Assembly (NCBI GenBank): GCA_937625935.1
Contig: OW569359.1
Coordinates: 186,001-250,000 of the forward strand
Direction: 5' to 3'
Origin: Tetramitus jugosus
Lineage: Eukaryota > Protista > Heterolobosea
Length of the DNA: 64,000 bases
In this document: piece by piece, positions 9,736-20,641 of the stretch
Position numbering within the stretch: position 1 is the first letter of the stretch
Layout: each line of letters begins with the position of its first letter
Made by a program: the position numbers and the translations under genes
The notes under the pieces: model-generated
The model's input: the letters and a program-made list of their open reading frames with translations, nothing else
Database searches by the model: none
What the model was told of the DNA's origin: nothing

Positions 9736-11208
9736 TCACATCATGAGAGTACATAGGATGCATAGAATGGTCAGTGCGATGATGTAGGTGGAATATTCTC
9801 TGAAACCAGAGGATATATGCGAGTAGGTTGGCTTAGGCAACACCGAAGGTTCTGGAGATCCAGTGTAGTTGCTCAATATGGTCTGTGCCCGACCCAGCAA
9901 TGTGTACACATCGCTATTGAAGTTATATTGTTTGAAGGACGAATCAGAAAGACCTGATTTGATTGCTTCAAACACATATGGTTTCTCTACGACAGAATCA
10001 GGTAACCAGGAGTCGACATCAACTGATGTCTTTCCACCAGATTTAGTAACAGTAAAACTGACAGCACCCATGCTCTTCTGAAGGCCACCCTTGTTGATTT
10101 CGTCACTGTACTCGAAGAAGCATGCTCCAATCGTTCCATCGTCAATGTGCTGCACAACAGATTTCCATTGTCTGTTGAACCAATCTGGTGTGGCTTGTGT
10201 AATTTCATCTGATTTCTGATGCATACCAACTTCACCAATAAAGAGCGGAAGATTCTTCTCCTTGGAGCGTTTGGCCCATCCCCGGAAACCACCTTCTCCC
10301 TCCCATAGAGGTTCCATTTCAATGTTACGATAACCGGCATTGGTGGTAAAAACATCCACCTTCAAATTTGCAATCAAGTACTCATAGGTGGTGTGGTCAT
10401 CGGCTACAGCATGGGTCACTGGTACGGTTCGATTGTGAATTTGCATCATCTTGTCTCGTACGACTTGCATCTTGCTATTGACAAGCTTGAGCACATCTGG
10501 TTTCCTTTCAACACCCATTTCGTTACCCAGACACCACATGAGCAAGGCTGGGTGATCTCCAAGTTCTCTCACAGTAGACTCAATATGTTTGTCGAGCAGG
10601 TCAGACGAAGTTGACATCAAAAAGCTCTCATCTTGCAAAATAGGAACAACAATCTTGAAGCCATACTGGAATGCTAAATCCAGGAATGGTAGGTGCTGAG
10701 CAGCTCGTTTTGGTTGAGTGATTGGGTATGCTTGAGGATAAGTGTTGATGAATGCTTTTGTAAATGGGTTCAAATTATAAATACGCAAGGTATTTACTCC
10801 GAGCTCCTTCATCTTTGCAAAGTCCCGGTCCCAAGATGGTTTCCACCAAGGAACAAAGGCTCCAGACTTGTCCATTGGCCCAGGAGGAAACCGCCTAGGA
10901 TCGGCTGTGCCTCCATCGTAGTAATCACTACCAAAGCAAGCACTCTTGTATTCTCCAAACACTGTCAGCTTTGAACTACAGAACCCTGTGCCTCCGTACT
11001 CATCTGACATGGATTCAATACCCAGAGGGGCAGGTTGATACGCCATTGCTTTAATGATATACTCTTCACCATTGACATACAGCCGAAGATTCTGGATTAC
11101 AACATCGTTGGCTCCCAACACCATATGACTAATCAGATATAGTGAAGCTATAAACATCGAAAAGAAGACCGTGAATCGCCAAGGTCTCATTCTACCAACA
11201 TTGGTCAT
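9736..11208 (-). CDS. Secreted, membrane/GPI-anchored clan GH-A glycoside hydrolase (GH72/GH2-like TIM barrel)
   Basis: N-terminal signal peptide; RDFAKMKELGVNTLRIY; acid/base motif WCLGNE; nucleophile motif LPLFIGEVG; GACFFEYSDE; Ser/Pro linker and hydrophobic C-terminus. Confidence 0.8.
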   Translation of the reverse strand: MTNVGRMRPWRFTVFFSMFIASLYLISHMVLGANDVVIQNLRLYVNGEEYIIKAMAYQPAPLGIESMSDEYGGTGFCSSKLTVFGEYKSACFGSDYYDGGTADPRRFPPGPMDKSGAFVPWWKPSWDRDFAKMKELGVNTLRIYNLNPFTKAFINTYPQAYPITQPKRAAQHLPFLDLAFQYGFKIVVPILQDESFLMSTSSDLLDKHIESTVRELGDHPALLMWCLGNEMGVERKPDVLKLVNSKMQVVRDKMMQIHNRTVPVTHAVADDHTTYEYLIANLKVDVFTTNAGYRNIEMEPLWEGEGGFRGWAKRSKEKNLPLFIGEVGMHQKSDEITQATPDWFNRQWKSVVQHIDDGTIGACFFEYSDEINKGGLQKSMGAVSFTVTKSGGKTSVDVDSWLPDSVVEKPYVFEAIKSGLSDSSFKQYNFNSDVYTLLGRAQTILSNYTGSPEPSVLPKPTYSHISSGFREYSTYIIALTILCILCTLMM

Positions 11209-11727
11209 TTTATGTTGCTTATCGATTAAAGAAGAATGATTATTGAATTTTGCGAGTTGCTACTCCTGATTGATGTTATTGAATCAAACAAGTATATATT
11301 ATGAAGAAGAGGAGATGAATAGTTTGAATTGTCCTCCGGTTGTCCAACAATGGTTTTTCAGTTCTTGGGCTTGTTGAAGGTATCTCGTTTCTGTTCTGTG
11401 CTCCCCTTTCTGGCTTTTCTCAAAGCACTTAATAGCCCTTGCGCGGGTCTAAATATTCTCGACCCAAACAGTCTGATGAAGCTCCTAGCCAATGTGAGAA
11501 ATTAGAACCGACAAATCTCTCGCCTGTATTTTGGGCTAGGTCTGACAGATGAAGTTCTTGCGCAGTGCATTTTTTTGAGTTTCGCGAGTTGCTTTGGTGA
11601 CCTGGCGTTCTGAATTGAGGTCATGGGAAATTACAATATAAAGTCATGCATTTTTGCAGCAAAAGATACATCCACAACAACAGATTACACAACAACAAAT
11701 CTAACTAATTATCAATCAATAATAACC

Positions 11728-11895
11728 ATGGTAGACACAAAGGGAATGAAATTGCAAGACCAAAATCTTCTAAGTGAGGTGAAGCAACACAACTACAAGC
11801 TAAAACATGTCAGAGAGCAAGATATCAAACAACCAACTACAATGGGACTTGGACATGTCGTTGACAAGAAGCAATCCTGTTGCAGCAAGAGATGA
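11728..11895 (+). CDS. 55-aa WH2/actobindin-like actin-monomer-binding peptide
   Basis: NLLSEVKQHNYKLKHV fits the WH2 helix plus LKKT-like motif. A/C-rich leader before ATG 11728; C-terminal SCCSKR. Confidence 0.65.
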   Translation: MVDTKGMKLQDQNLLSEVKQHNYKLKHVREQDIKQPTTMGLGHVVDKKQSCCSKR

Positions 11896-11989
11896 ATGAC
11901 TTAGAAACCAGTAGGATGATTGCAATCTTGTGTAAATAACAGCAGGAAGTGCTGATGTAGAATAAAGCAAATATCCATTCGTTAGATAA

Positions 11990-13444
11990 TTAGTCAAGGT
12001 CGTTTACTTCGTTTTGATCTGCTGATAGTTCTTCTGGAGCATTTTTTTCGTTATTGGCTTCTTCACCTTCCTCTTCCTCATCGTCATCAATGTACTCCAT
12101 TCTCACCATTTGACCACCATCATCCATATTGTTCTTCTTTGCCAATCTGTTGTTCAATCTCTGAATAATTGTTTCAATATTTGATTTCACCTTTTGGTCA
12201 TCAGTTTCCTTCGACTCCTGCTCCAACATCTTGTAAACACTCTCGGTTGACATTTGGTCCATACCAGCAAGTGTGACAGTCATCATGACCAAACAATCTG
12301 AGAGAGTTCGGCGAAGCAGAGGTTCGACTTCCTTGAATTTAAACTTTGAATCAGACGGTATGGTATTGTCAGACAGTTGATTATGAGTTTCAACTTCAGA
12401 GTTGGAGAATCTGTTCAATAGAATATTGAGGAGCGGAGTCTGACGCAACAGGAAATGCTTTTCCTTGAAGAATAAGCAATTCCTAATCGTGCTCAACACA
12501 CCTCTTCTCTTGATGACATCTTCATCTCTAATGTATGGGAAGAGAAGTTGCAGTGCCAATCTTACACCAGTTTTCTCTGTAAAATTTGTGTCATTGTCTT
12601 GTTCCTTCTCCTTCAAGAACAACATTCTTCCAGATGGCACAGTAGAGAGATTAGTGAAGATGTTGACAATCCATCTTGTGCTTTTCAATGAGTCTTCCAA
12701 TTCCCATGGAACATACACTGGTTGCTGAGCCAAGAACATGTCCATCAACTTTTTAAAGTGATAGCCTTGTGCCCAGTCTTCATCATCACTGTCTTCGTCC
12801 GAGTCCTCCTCTTCATCATCACTGTCCAGAGCTGATTTTTTAATTTCGTCCATTGCGTCATTAAACGATTTCATTTGCAAGAATCGACTGACACCGTGCT
12901 CAATAGTTGTAATATTAGCCAACAAGATACAAATCAGTTCCATCATGGAGTCAATCTTGTATCTCTCGTGTCCCAACTCGGCCGTATTGTCACGCTTCAT
13001 CTTCTCATTCACCATTCTTAGTTTGTTGTCATAAACAATCAACAAATTCATCAATTTGTCAACAATCTTGTCCAATAGCATGAGCTTTACGGTTCCTTCA
13101 TGAGCCTTTTGTTCCAAATCATCAATCAAAATCTTTGAATTGGTACCTAGCTTTTCTTCATGCGCGCTAGTCGGAGTTTTTGGTGTGTGAGAGGCAGCAG
13201 TGATCGCAATGAGACAGGTGAGAGCGAGACGCACCAACTTTTCTTCCTTGTTTTGAATGAGACTCACAAGAGTTGTGATCGTGCTCTTGTGTTGCTTCTC
13301 AATGAGATTGACAAAATGAAGTGGATTGGATTGAATAATGGTCAAAAAAGCTTTGAGTGCTTCGAGTTGAACGTTGGATCGTGGTTCTCCAATCAATGAT
13401 AGTAATTCTTCGAATGATTTCTGTGCACTTGTTGTTGTTGACAT
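11990..13444 (-). CDS. HGH1: HGH1 homolog (eEF2 chaperone, ARM-like)
   Basis: ICILLANIT, IFTNLSTVPSGRMLFL, IKRRGVLSTIRNCLF and EVEPLLRRTLSDCLVMM match HGH1 (DUF383/384) blocks; acidic tail. Confidence 0.75.
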   Translation of the reverse strand: MSTTTSAQKSFEELLSLIGEPRSNVQLEALKAFLTIIQSNPLHFVNLIEKQHKSTITTLVSLIQNKEEKLVRLALTCLIAITAASHTPKTPTSAHEEKLGTNSKILIDDLEQKAHEGTVKLMLLDKIVDKLMNLLIVYDNKLRMVNEKMKRDNTAELGHERYKIDSMMELICILLANITTIEHGVSRFLQMKSFNDAMDEIKKSALDSDDEEEDSDEDSDDEDWAQGYHFKKLMDMFLAQQPVYVPWELEDSLKSTRWIVNIFTNLSTVPSGRMLFLKEKEQDNDTNFTEKTGVRLALQLLFPYIRDEDVIKRRGVLSTIRNCLFFKEKHFLLRQTPLLNILLNRFSNSEVETHNQLSDNTIPSDSKFKFKEVEPLLRRTLSDCLVMMTVTLAGMDQMSTESVYKMLEQESKETDDQKVKSNIETIIQRLNNRLAKKNNMDDGGQMVRMEYIDDDEEEEGEEANNEKNAPEELSADQNEVNDLD

Positions 13445-13650
13445 TTTTGTTGTTGTTGTGTTGTTGTGCACGCGTGCTTTGCTATTGTTGCGCAAGTTTG
13501 AAGCGGAATTCAAGGAAAGTGTGAAATGCCGCCAGAAGCGGGAAAATAATTTACGGAAGACAGAAAATTCGCAGTTGTTCCCTCATTTGTCCACAGTATT
13601 CATATTATTCCTTCTTTCAGCAACAATAAGAAGAATCATTGATTGCATAA

Positions 13651-16122
13651 ATGATGAGAAAATCCAGCTCAAACTTACTCCTAGGTCAAGGACCTGTCCA
13701 TCGCAAATCAGATGCATTTGAAACGAGTGAAAACTTTAAAGTTGTTGTTCGAGTAAGACCTCCCTTGCCTCGAGAGCTGTTAGAAGATGGAACATACGAA
13801 AATACGATACGTGTTGAAAATCAAAGAGAGATTACGATTTCAGAGACTATCGGGTCAGAAGGTTCAATGGATGATGGTTTATGCAGTCAACATCAGTTTA
13901 CCTTTGATAAAGTGTATGATACAGATAGCAACCAATTTGATGTGTACATGAATACAGCTCGTGATGCAGTTTTTTCTACTCTGGAAGGTTACAATGCAAC
14001 CATAATTGCATATGGACAAACGGGTACTGGCAAAACTTTTACGATGGAGGGATTCACAAATAATGAAAAGAGGGGAATCATACCCAGATCGACAGAAGAA
14101 ATATTTAATTGTATGTAACTACTTCGAAGAGTTTTGGTGTACATGGAAGGATGGTGACTCACTTGATTGTTAGATATCCAAACTTCTGGAAATCCAAAAA
14201 CAAGATTCCTAGTCAGAGCATCGTACCTTCAAATTTACAAGGATGTAATATCCGATTTGTTGAAACCTGAACGAACAAACCTAATCATCAGAGAAGATAA
14301 GAAGAAGGGAGTGTATGTTGATAATTTGTCTGAATGGGTGGTTCGATCTCCCTCCGAAATATACAGCTTAATGGATAGGGGAGCCAAAGTTAGAGCAACC
14401 GGATCAACTAGGCTGAATGAATTAAGTAGTAGAAGTCATGCTGTTTTTATCATGATTGTAGAACAAAATGAACAGTGTGTGGTCGACGAGCAAGGAAATG
14501 AGGTGGACATGGATGAGTACAGAGCAGTATTAACCGAAACAGGACAATTTCGTGGACAAGTTAGAGAGCTTTTCAAAATAGGAAAACTTAATTTGGTCGA
14601 TCTAGCTGGCTCAGAGAGAGTTCGTTACTCTGGAGCCTCTGGTCGATCCCTAGATGAGAGTAAGAAAATTAACCAATCCCTGTCAGCACTTGGAAATGTA
14701 ATCGCAGCTCTAACAGATCCAAGGGGCAGACATCACATTCCTTACCGAGATTCTAAGCTCACTAGGTTACTTGAGGATAGCTTAGGAGGTAATTGTCGGA
14801 CAACTATGATTGCCATGATATCTCCCGCTCTGGAGGCCTTTGCAGAGTCGCTGTCCACGTTGAAATTTGCCAACAGGGCTAAAAGTATTAAGAATGAAGC
14901 TCATGTGAATGAAGATCTTGACCAAAGGGCTTTACTCAGGAAGTACGAGAACGAACTGAAAAAACTAAGAAATGAACTTCAAACCAAAACGAAAGATGTG
15001 GTAGACAAAAAGAAACTGATGGAGTTAGAACAAGAAAAGAAAAGAGCCGAGGATGATAAGATGGCAGCCATATCCGCACTGACGAAAAAAACTGAAGAGT
15101 TCGTACGAGAACAGCAGATAAAGAGGGATCTTGAACATAGGATCGCAACAATGCAGAGTCAACTCCTAGTGGGTGGAGAGAAGATTCAAGAAACACCCAT
15201 GTTTAAGAATCTTTTGAAGCAAGAACATGAACGGGTTCATAAGATATATCTCAACAAAATGCAGGCTCTGGAGAGAGAAAGACAGAGCATCGAGGAGGAC
15301 AAGGCTCAAGTTGACCGATACAAGCAGTTATTGTTGAAACAACGAGATATTATGATAGCCCTAACTGCAAGGTTGAATGAAAGAGATGAATACATCTTAA
15401 ATCTGCAAGAAGAATTGGATGCTTATGACCGGCATCAGAAACTGTTGGAAGATACGGTGAATCAGAAAACAGAAACAATTCTTCGGTATGAAAATGCCAA
15501 CCAAAACGGAGGACCGCCTCCAGCTCCTATTCATTCTCATAAGGTACTCTCTCGAGATATACAGGAAGATAATAAGTTTATGGTAAGCACTATCCAACAA
15601 CTGAACGAAAAATTACTGAAGATCTACGAGGAAAATGAGAGGTTAAGCCATCAAAGTAAGTTGGACCAGGAAGAACTTCAAAAACTTAAGTTCTCTCAAT
15701 CTTCAACATTTCCAATGATTGAAGAACCACATCAGCAACATTTCTCTATAATTGACAAACAGCAGATTCAGATGTTGAAGCAGCAATGTATAACAAAAGA
15801 GAAAGAAAAACAAGCACTCCGAACAATTTTAGAAACGAGGGTAGCACCTGAATTAGAGAAAGTATTCTCTATGATTGGTCAATTGCTCTCTAAGCAGAAT
15901 CGAGCACAAGTAGAAGAAGCACAACACTCAATTAGTGACCTTTCAGAACTGTTGAGTGCTTCGATAGCTGCTCTCGCTATTCGCAAAACCCCTTCGACAC
16001 CCATAACTCCATCAGGTAGTAGTTCCAGTTTCAATACAATGAGCTATACTCCGCAACCACAGCAGTACTCAACATATCAATCAGGGTACATTAGTAGTTC
16101 AACTCCGAACACCAGATATTAG
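13651..16122 (+). CDS. Kinesin with N-terminal motor and coiled-coil tail (2 exons)
   Basis: Exons 13651-14110 and 14174-16122; phase-1 intron 14111-14173 (GTATGT...TTAG). VVVRVRP, GQTGTGKT P-loop, SSRSH, LVDLAGSE, HIPYRDSKLTRLL. Confidence 0.95.
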
Positions 16123-16194
16123 AATAAAGAGTCCGATTCTCCGATTCTCCAGTTTACGATTCATCGTCATTCACCAAAAGAAAATAAGCAAATC

Positions 16195-18666
16195 ATGAGT
16201 AGTGAAATGCAGAAAGTAGTAGTGATCGATCTAAGTAGTGAAGATCAAAAATCTCAAAGCGGAGAGAGTACTATCTCTATCATAATCCCAAAGAACACTT
16301 TCACTCCAGGAGAGACTATCTCAGGTGCAGTACTCTGTCGAATTGAGCACCTCGTAAGAGTAGGTGCATTAATTGTACTTCTTTCAGGCGAGGAGAACAT
16401 TCAAAATTCATCAGATTGCTCCCAACAATTCTTGAGAAAAGAACTACGACTTGAAGTAGAGAATGAGAACTCTGATATGGTACTGCAGAAGGGTGTTCAT
16501 CGAATCCCATTCTCCATTGAAATTCCAAACAACCTTCCATTGTCCATGATACTTGATAATATTTCAGTTGAGTATTCACTAGAAGCGTCTTTGTGGACAG
16601 AATCAGATGACTTGTGTGGTTCTCCATCCATGCAGAGTTATCACACTATTCAGATCAATGGTGGTGTGTACCACGAGAATGATGGACAATCTATGGAGAA
16701 AACTTCAGTCTTTCCTCTCGAGCATGGACAACTGTCGCTGTCTTGTCGAGTAAATTCACATATTCTAGTGGCTGGATCAGATGTTACTGTTCAAGTGGAA
16801 GTCCAGAATGAAAGTGCAACTCAATTATCTGAGATCTATGTCTCCTTGTTTCAGATCGTGGGAGTCAAGGAAGACGAATTTACATCAACATTTGAACATC
16901 ATTTCTCAGCAAGTTCCTTTCCAATCCTAAACATTAATGAACATCGATCAGTTAGTGAAGAAATCAAATTGAGAGTTCCAGACGATCTCCCAGAGACATC
17001 AAAAGAAAACTCACCACTCCAACTTTCTTCAGTTAGACATAGTATTTGCTTTAGAGCACTCAGCACCACGGAAGAATGGGGACTAGATCTTCCAATCATA
17101 CTCGTTCGATCTTTCAGAGCGCCTCTCCCTAATGAGAAAGGTGAGAAAGGAGATGACAGTGAGATTAAGGTCGCTGAAACAGAGGAACAAACTACGAAAG
17201 AAGTTTTCGAGGAAAGATGTGACGAGAATCAAGAAACAATCGAAGCAAACGTCATTCATTCACCGATTACGAGACTGGCTTCAACAGTGAAAAACAGTGA
17301 TATTGATCACTACCATCTATTCAAGAATTTAGTATTTCAATCAGAAGATTCAGTTTCCGAATCCGAGGGCTTGAAAGATGTAGACACTTCAGAGGGATCA
17401 ACTCAACACTCCATGTCTCCATCTCCGCTGAAGTTACCTGAGCTGCGTTCCTCTCATTTTAACTACTCTAGCCCTTCTCGAAAGGAATACGGAATCTCAT
17501 TTGATCAATCCAGAGGAGAGAGCTTGACAATGGCTCATATTAGAAATCATGTTGAAGAAACCCGCAGAAAAATCCAAACCTATTCAAATATTATCCACCA
17601 GTATGATAGCCTGAAACCTGGCCAACCTCTTACATCCCTGGGCGCTTACTCATCACCTGGAAGAGTGAGGGAGAGTTCTCTATCAAAATTGACAGCAACT
17701 CCAAGAGGTTCATCTATCCCTAATGAGGAAGTTCCAAGTGAAAGAGATTCAGAAAGAGTGGCCGACCAACCAAACGAGTTACTTTCTGTTGAGAAGGAGA
17801 AGGGTGGGAATCATGAAGAGGAAACTGAATATGAGTATGAAACAGTTGAAAGTAAAACAGAACCAATCTCGAGTCCTCAGAAGTTCAAGGTTCCAGAAGA
17901 ACTCCGAGATTTTAGCTCTATAGGTCAATATAGTGGTGAACTTGTGAAGGGACTACCTCATGGTTTAGGAGAGATGAAGTACAATAATGGCAGTAGGTAC
18001 GAAGGTTCATGGTCGAATGGGAAAAAGCAAGGAAAAGGAAAGATGGAATACTCAGATGGGGCATTGTATGATGGCCAATGGATCAAAGATAAGAGACATG
18101 GGTGGGGGTTCTACAAGACAACTCTTTACAACTATGATGGACAATGGGAGCATGATAGAAAACAAGGAAAAGGTTTGATCGTTTACAACAACAACGAACA
18201 GTACGAGGGACAATGGGTCGAAAACTATCCTGAAGGTGGAGGATCATACGTTTTCCAAGATGGGTCAACCTACAAGGGAGAATTCAAGAGAGGACTTCGC
18301 CATGGTCGAGGAATTCTCGCGTATGCCAACAGCACGGTAGTATACGATGGAGATTTCGAAAATGATCGCAAGAGTGGTCAAGCAGTCATCACCTTCCAGA
18401 ATGGCACTTACACTGGAGAGATGGCGAACGACGTTCGTAGCGGTTATGGAATATACAGATATTCCAATGGAGATATCTACGAAGGAGAGTGGGTCAATAA
18501 TAAGAAGGAGGGAACTGGAGTTATGAATTATGCAACAGGTGGATACTTTAAGGGGCATTGGAACAACGGAATAAGGTATGGTCGCGGAGAACATGTTGCA
18601 AGTGATGGAACACGTTTCATCGAAGTATGGGAAAATGGATCATTGCTAGAAAGGGTCAGACTATAA
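16195..18666 (+). CDS. Arrestin-like N/C domain plus MORN-repeat protein
   Basis: N-terminal FTPGETISGAV...LQKGVHRIPFSIEIPNNLPLS...VEYSLEA (alpha-arrestin fold). C-terminal array of about 10 YxGxWxxxKxxGxG MORN repeats. Confidence 0.85.
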   Translation: MSSEMQKVVVIDLSSEDQKSQSGESTISIIIPKNTFTPGETISGAVLCRIEHLVRVGALIVLLSGEENIQNSSDCSQQFLRKELRLEVENENSDMVLQKGVHRIPFSIEIPNNLPLSMILDNISVEYSLEASLWTESDDLCGSPSMQSYHTIQINGGVYHENDGQSMEKTSVFPLEHGQLSLSCRVNSHILVAGSDVTVQVEVQNESATQLSEIYVSLFQIVGVKEDEFTSTFEHHFSASSFPILNINEHRSVSEEIKLRVPDDLPETSKENSPLQLSSVRHSICFRALSTTEEWGLDLPIILVRSFRAPLPNEKGEKGDDSEIKVAETEEQTTKEVFEERCDENQETIEANVIHSPITRLASTVKNSDIDHYHLFKNLVFQSEDSVSESEGLKDVDTSEGSTQHSMSPSPLKLPELRSSHFNYSSPSRKEYGISFDQSRGESLTMAHIRNHVEETRRKIQTYSNIIHQYDSLKPGQPLTSLGAYSSPGRVRESSLSKLTATPRGSSIPNEEVPSERDSERVADQPNELLSVEKEKGGNHEEETEYEYETVESKTEPISSPQKFKVPEELRDFSSIGQYSGELVKGLPHGLGEMKYNNGSRYEGSWSNGKKQGKGKMEYSDGALYDGQWIKDKRHGWGFYKTTLYNYDGQWEHDRKQGKGLIVYNNNEQYEGQWVENYPEGGGSYVFQDGSTYKGEFKRGLRHGRGILAYANSTVVYDGDFENDRKSGQAVITFQNGTYTGEMANDVRSGYGIYRYSNGDIYEGEWVNNKKEGTGVMNYATGGYFKGHWNNGIRYGRGEHVASDGTRFIEVWENGSLLERVRL

Positions 18667-18675
18667 AGCTGTAGT

Positions 18676-20118
18676 TTACTGAGGTCCTACAAAAAGGAAG
18701 TCATCACCTGCGTATCTTTCTGTCAGAATTCTTATTACTGCAATCTTTTCGTTCGAAGTAGGGTCAGCCTCCAAATCATACAACGTACATAAATTATACA
18801 CTAAAACTTCGTCTAAGTTTGTTGCCGGGTTTCTCCGTATGACATCTTCGAGCAACTCAATAGCCTTGCTGAGTTGGCAAAGGTGCAACAAGCATATGGC
18901 CTGATTGTTTGCAGCAACAACATTATCTGGGTCAATTTCTAACGCGCAAGCAAACTCTCTTGATGCATCACCGGTTTTTCCTCTAGAGAACAGCAAGTAT
19001 CCCTCATTCAAGAAGCAGCGCACCTTGTGTCGAGGATTGCTCATATCCACTTTTTGTTTCAAACTATTAAAAATGTTTTCTGCTTCCATAATGATACCAC
19101 TTTGCAAATAGAGACATCCTTGTAATGATTTAAACAAAATAAACGTATCCAGTGCTTCCTCATCCTTCTCACTGGCCTTCTCCAATCGATCAACGACCTG
19201 ACTGAGCAACTCCTGTGCCAAGTAGTACTCTCTTCTGCAAATGTGACAATTGATAATCATCATGATGACTCTCTGCTCTCTAATGAACCATTGTTCTACT
19301 GTACAATCAGGATCATATCTCTGTTGCAAATTTGGTCTTCGACACATGTTCAACAAGCGATACAATCTGTCCAATGCCATCTGGGTACCCGCGCTGCTCG
19401 AAACAGAATGACTGTTCAAATGATTGATGGTACCAGGTTCTGCTGACGACGACGATGCAGATGACGCATATGCCGATGACGATGCATTGGGTGAGACAGA
19501 CATTGGCGAAGGAGCACCCATTGTAGTTGGAGTATTCGGAGTCAATGCACTACCCACACTTCCACCAGTGGACATGGGTGTATTCATGGCAGCAGTGCCC
19601 GTAGCAGGAGGAGTAGACACTGAACCACCACTACCACCACCACCACTCTGAGCAGTAATCGCAGCACTTGTACTTGCAGCTGACAAGGCAGTGGAGAATC
19701 GAGGATTGTTTGGCTGTCCTGATGAGTCAAAATGTGGCATCAACGCCTTCAATAACAACATTGAAAAAGGTACCATGTTTCCTCTCTTTTGGCCACCTAC
19801 ATGATTACTACTATTATTGTTACTATTATTGTTATAAATGTGAGGATAACTCTCATAAAAATAATTTCCACTATTGTTCAAATCACCGAGACTGTCCATG
19901 ACTTTACTCGCCGTGTCATAGTGATGCAATCGAAAATGAGCCAGAATAGTACCGAATCGATACAGTAGATTCTCATGTGGTGCAAAACCGAATTGAAGAC
20001 ACCTCTCACACAATAATCGAATCTCTCTCCAACAAGAGTTTTCTGATAGAATAGTGAGACCTGATTTGTTCAGTGGTACTTTTTCAAGAGACAATGGTTG
20101 TCTTGTGACTGCTGTTGT

Positions 20119-20162
<44 letters not shown>

Positions 20163-20475
20163 TTGTGGAATTGGTAGCAGTGATTCCACCACGCAAGAAT
20201 GCACTGACTGGATCACCTCTGACATTGGAGAAGGGCAAAATGTTGGTTTTAGTGGAGTCAATAGCAGTAGTAGTAGCAGTAGCTGAGCTAGTAGTAGAAG
20301 TGGTGCTGATGGTGGATGATGTCATGTGAGGTTGAGTAGTGGGTCGATAGGGTTGATGATGATTCATTGGGGATGATGATGATGATGATGATGATGGCAT
20401 GAGTGGATGAGAGTTGACAAAACTTGATTTTCTCTTAATGTCATCATTGTTGGGCGATGATAATGGATGACTCAT
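18676..20475 (-). CDS. TRAPPC12: Trafficking protein particle complex subunit 12 (TPR protein)
   Basis: YFYESYPHIY...GNMVPFSMLLLKA, NNQAICLLHL and VYNLCTLYDL match TRAPPC12/TTC15; Ser/Thr/Ala low-complexity inserts. Confidence 0.85.
20108..20165. repeat. (GTTGCT)n/(GTT)n microsatellite inside TRAPPC12, encoding a Thr/Ala tract
   Basis: Visible tandem GCTGTT units; produces the spurious poly-Cys and poly-Gln ORFs in other frames. Confidence 0.85.
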
Positions 20476-20641
20476 TGTTCCTCAATGATTTTTGTTGTTG
20501 TTTTTTTGTTGTTGTGTTTTTTTTTGTGCTGCTTTCAGAACGCTTTTCTCATCAACGCGCGAGATGATGTTTGAGAAGAATGTTCTGGTTGTATCAAAAA
20601 TTGAAGATATGTATTATTGGTAAGATGATGATTGGTTTCAA

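Noticed and set aside
11473-11505. Hammerhead ribozyme core CTGATGA...GAAA
   Set aside because: Stem II geometry is wrong and stems I/III with an NUH site could not be built.
11430-11570. U4 snRNA-like words (TTGCGCAGTG, TAGCCAATG)
   Set aside because: They occur in the wrong order and there is no Sm site in the right place.
20070-20286. Poly-Cys and poly-Gln ORFs
   Set aside because: Alternative-frame readings of the microsatellite inside TRAPPC12.
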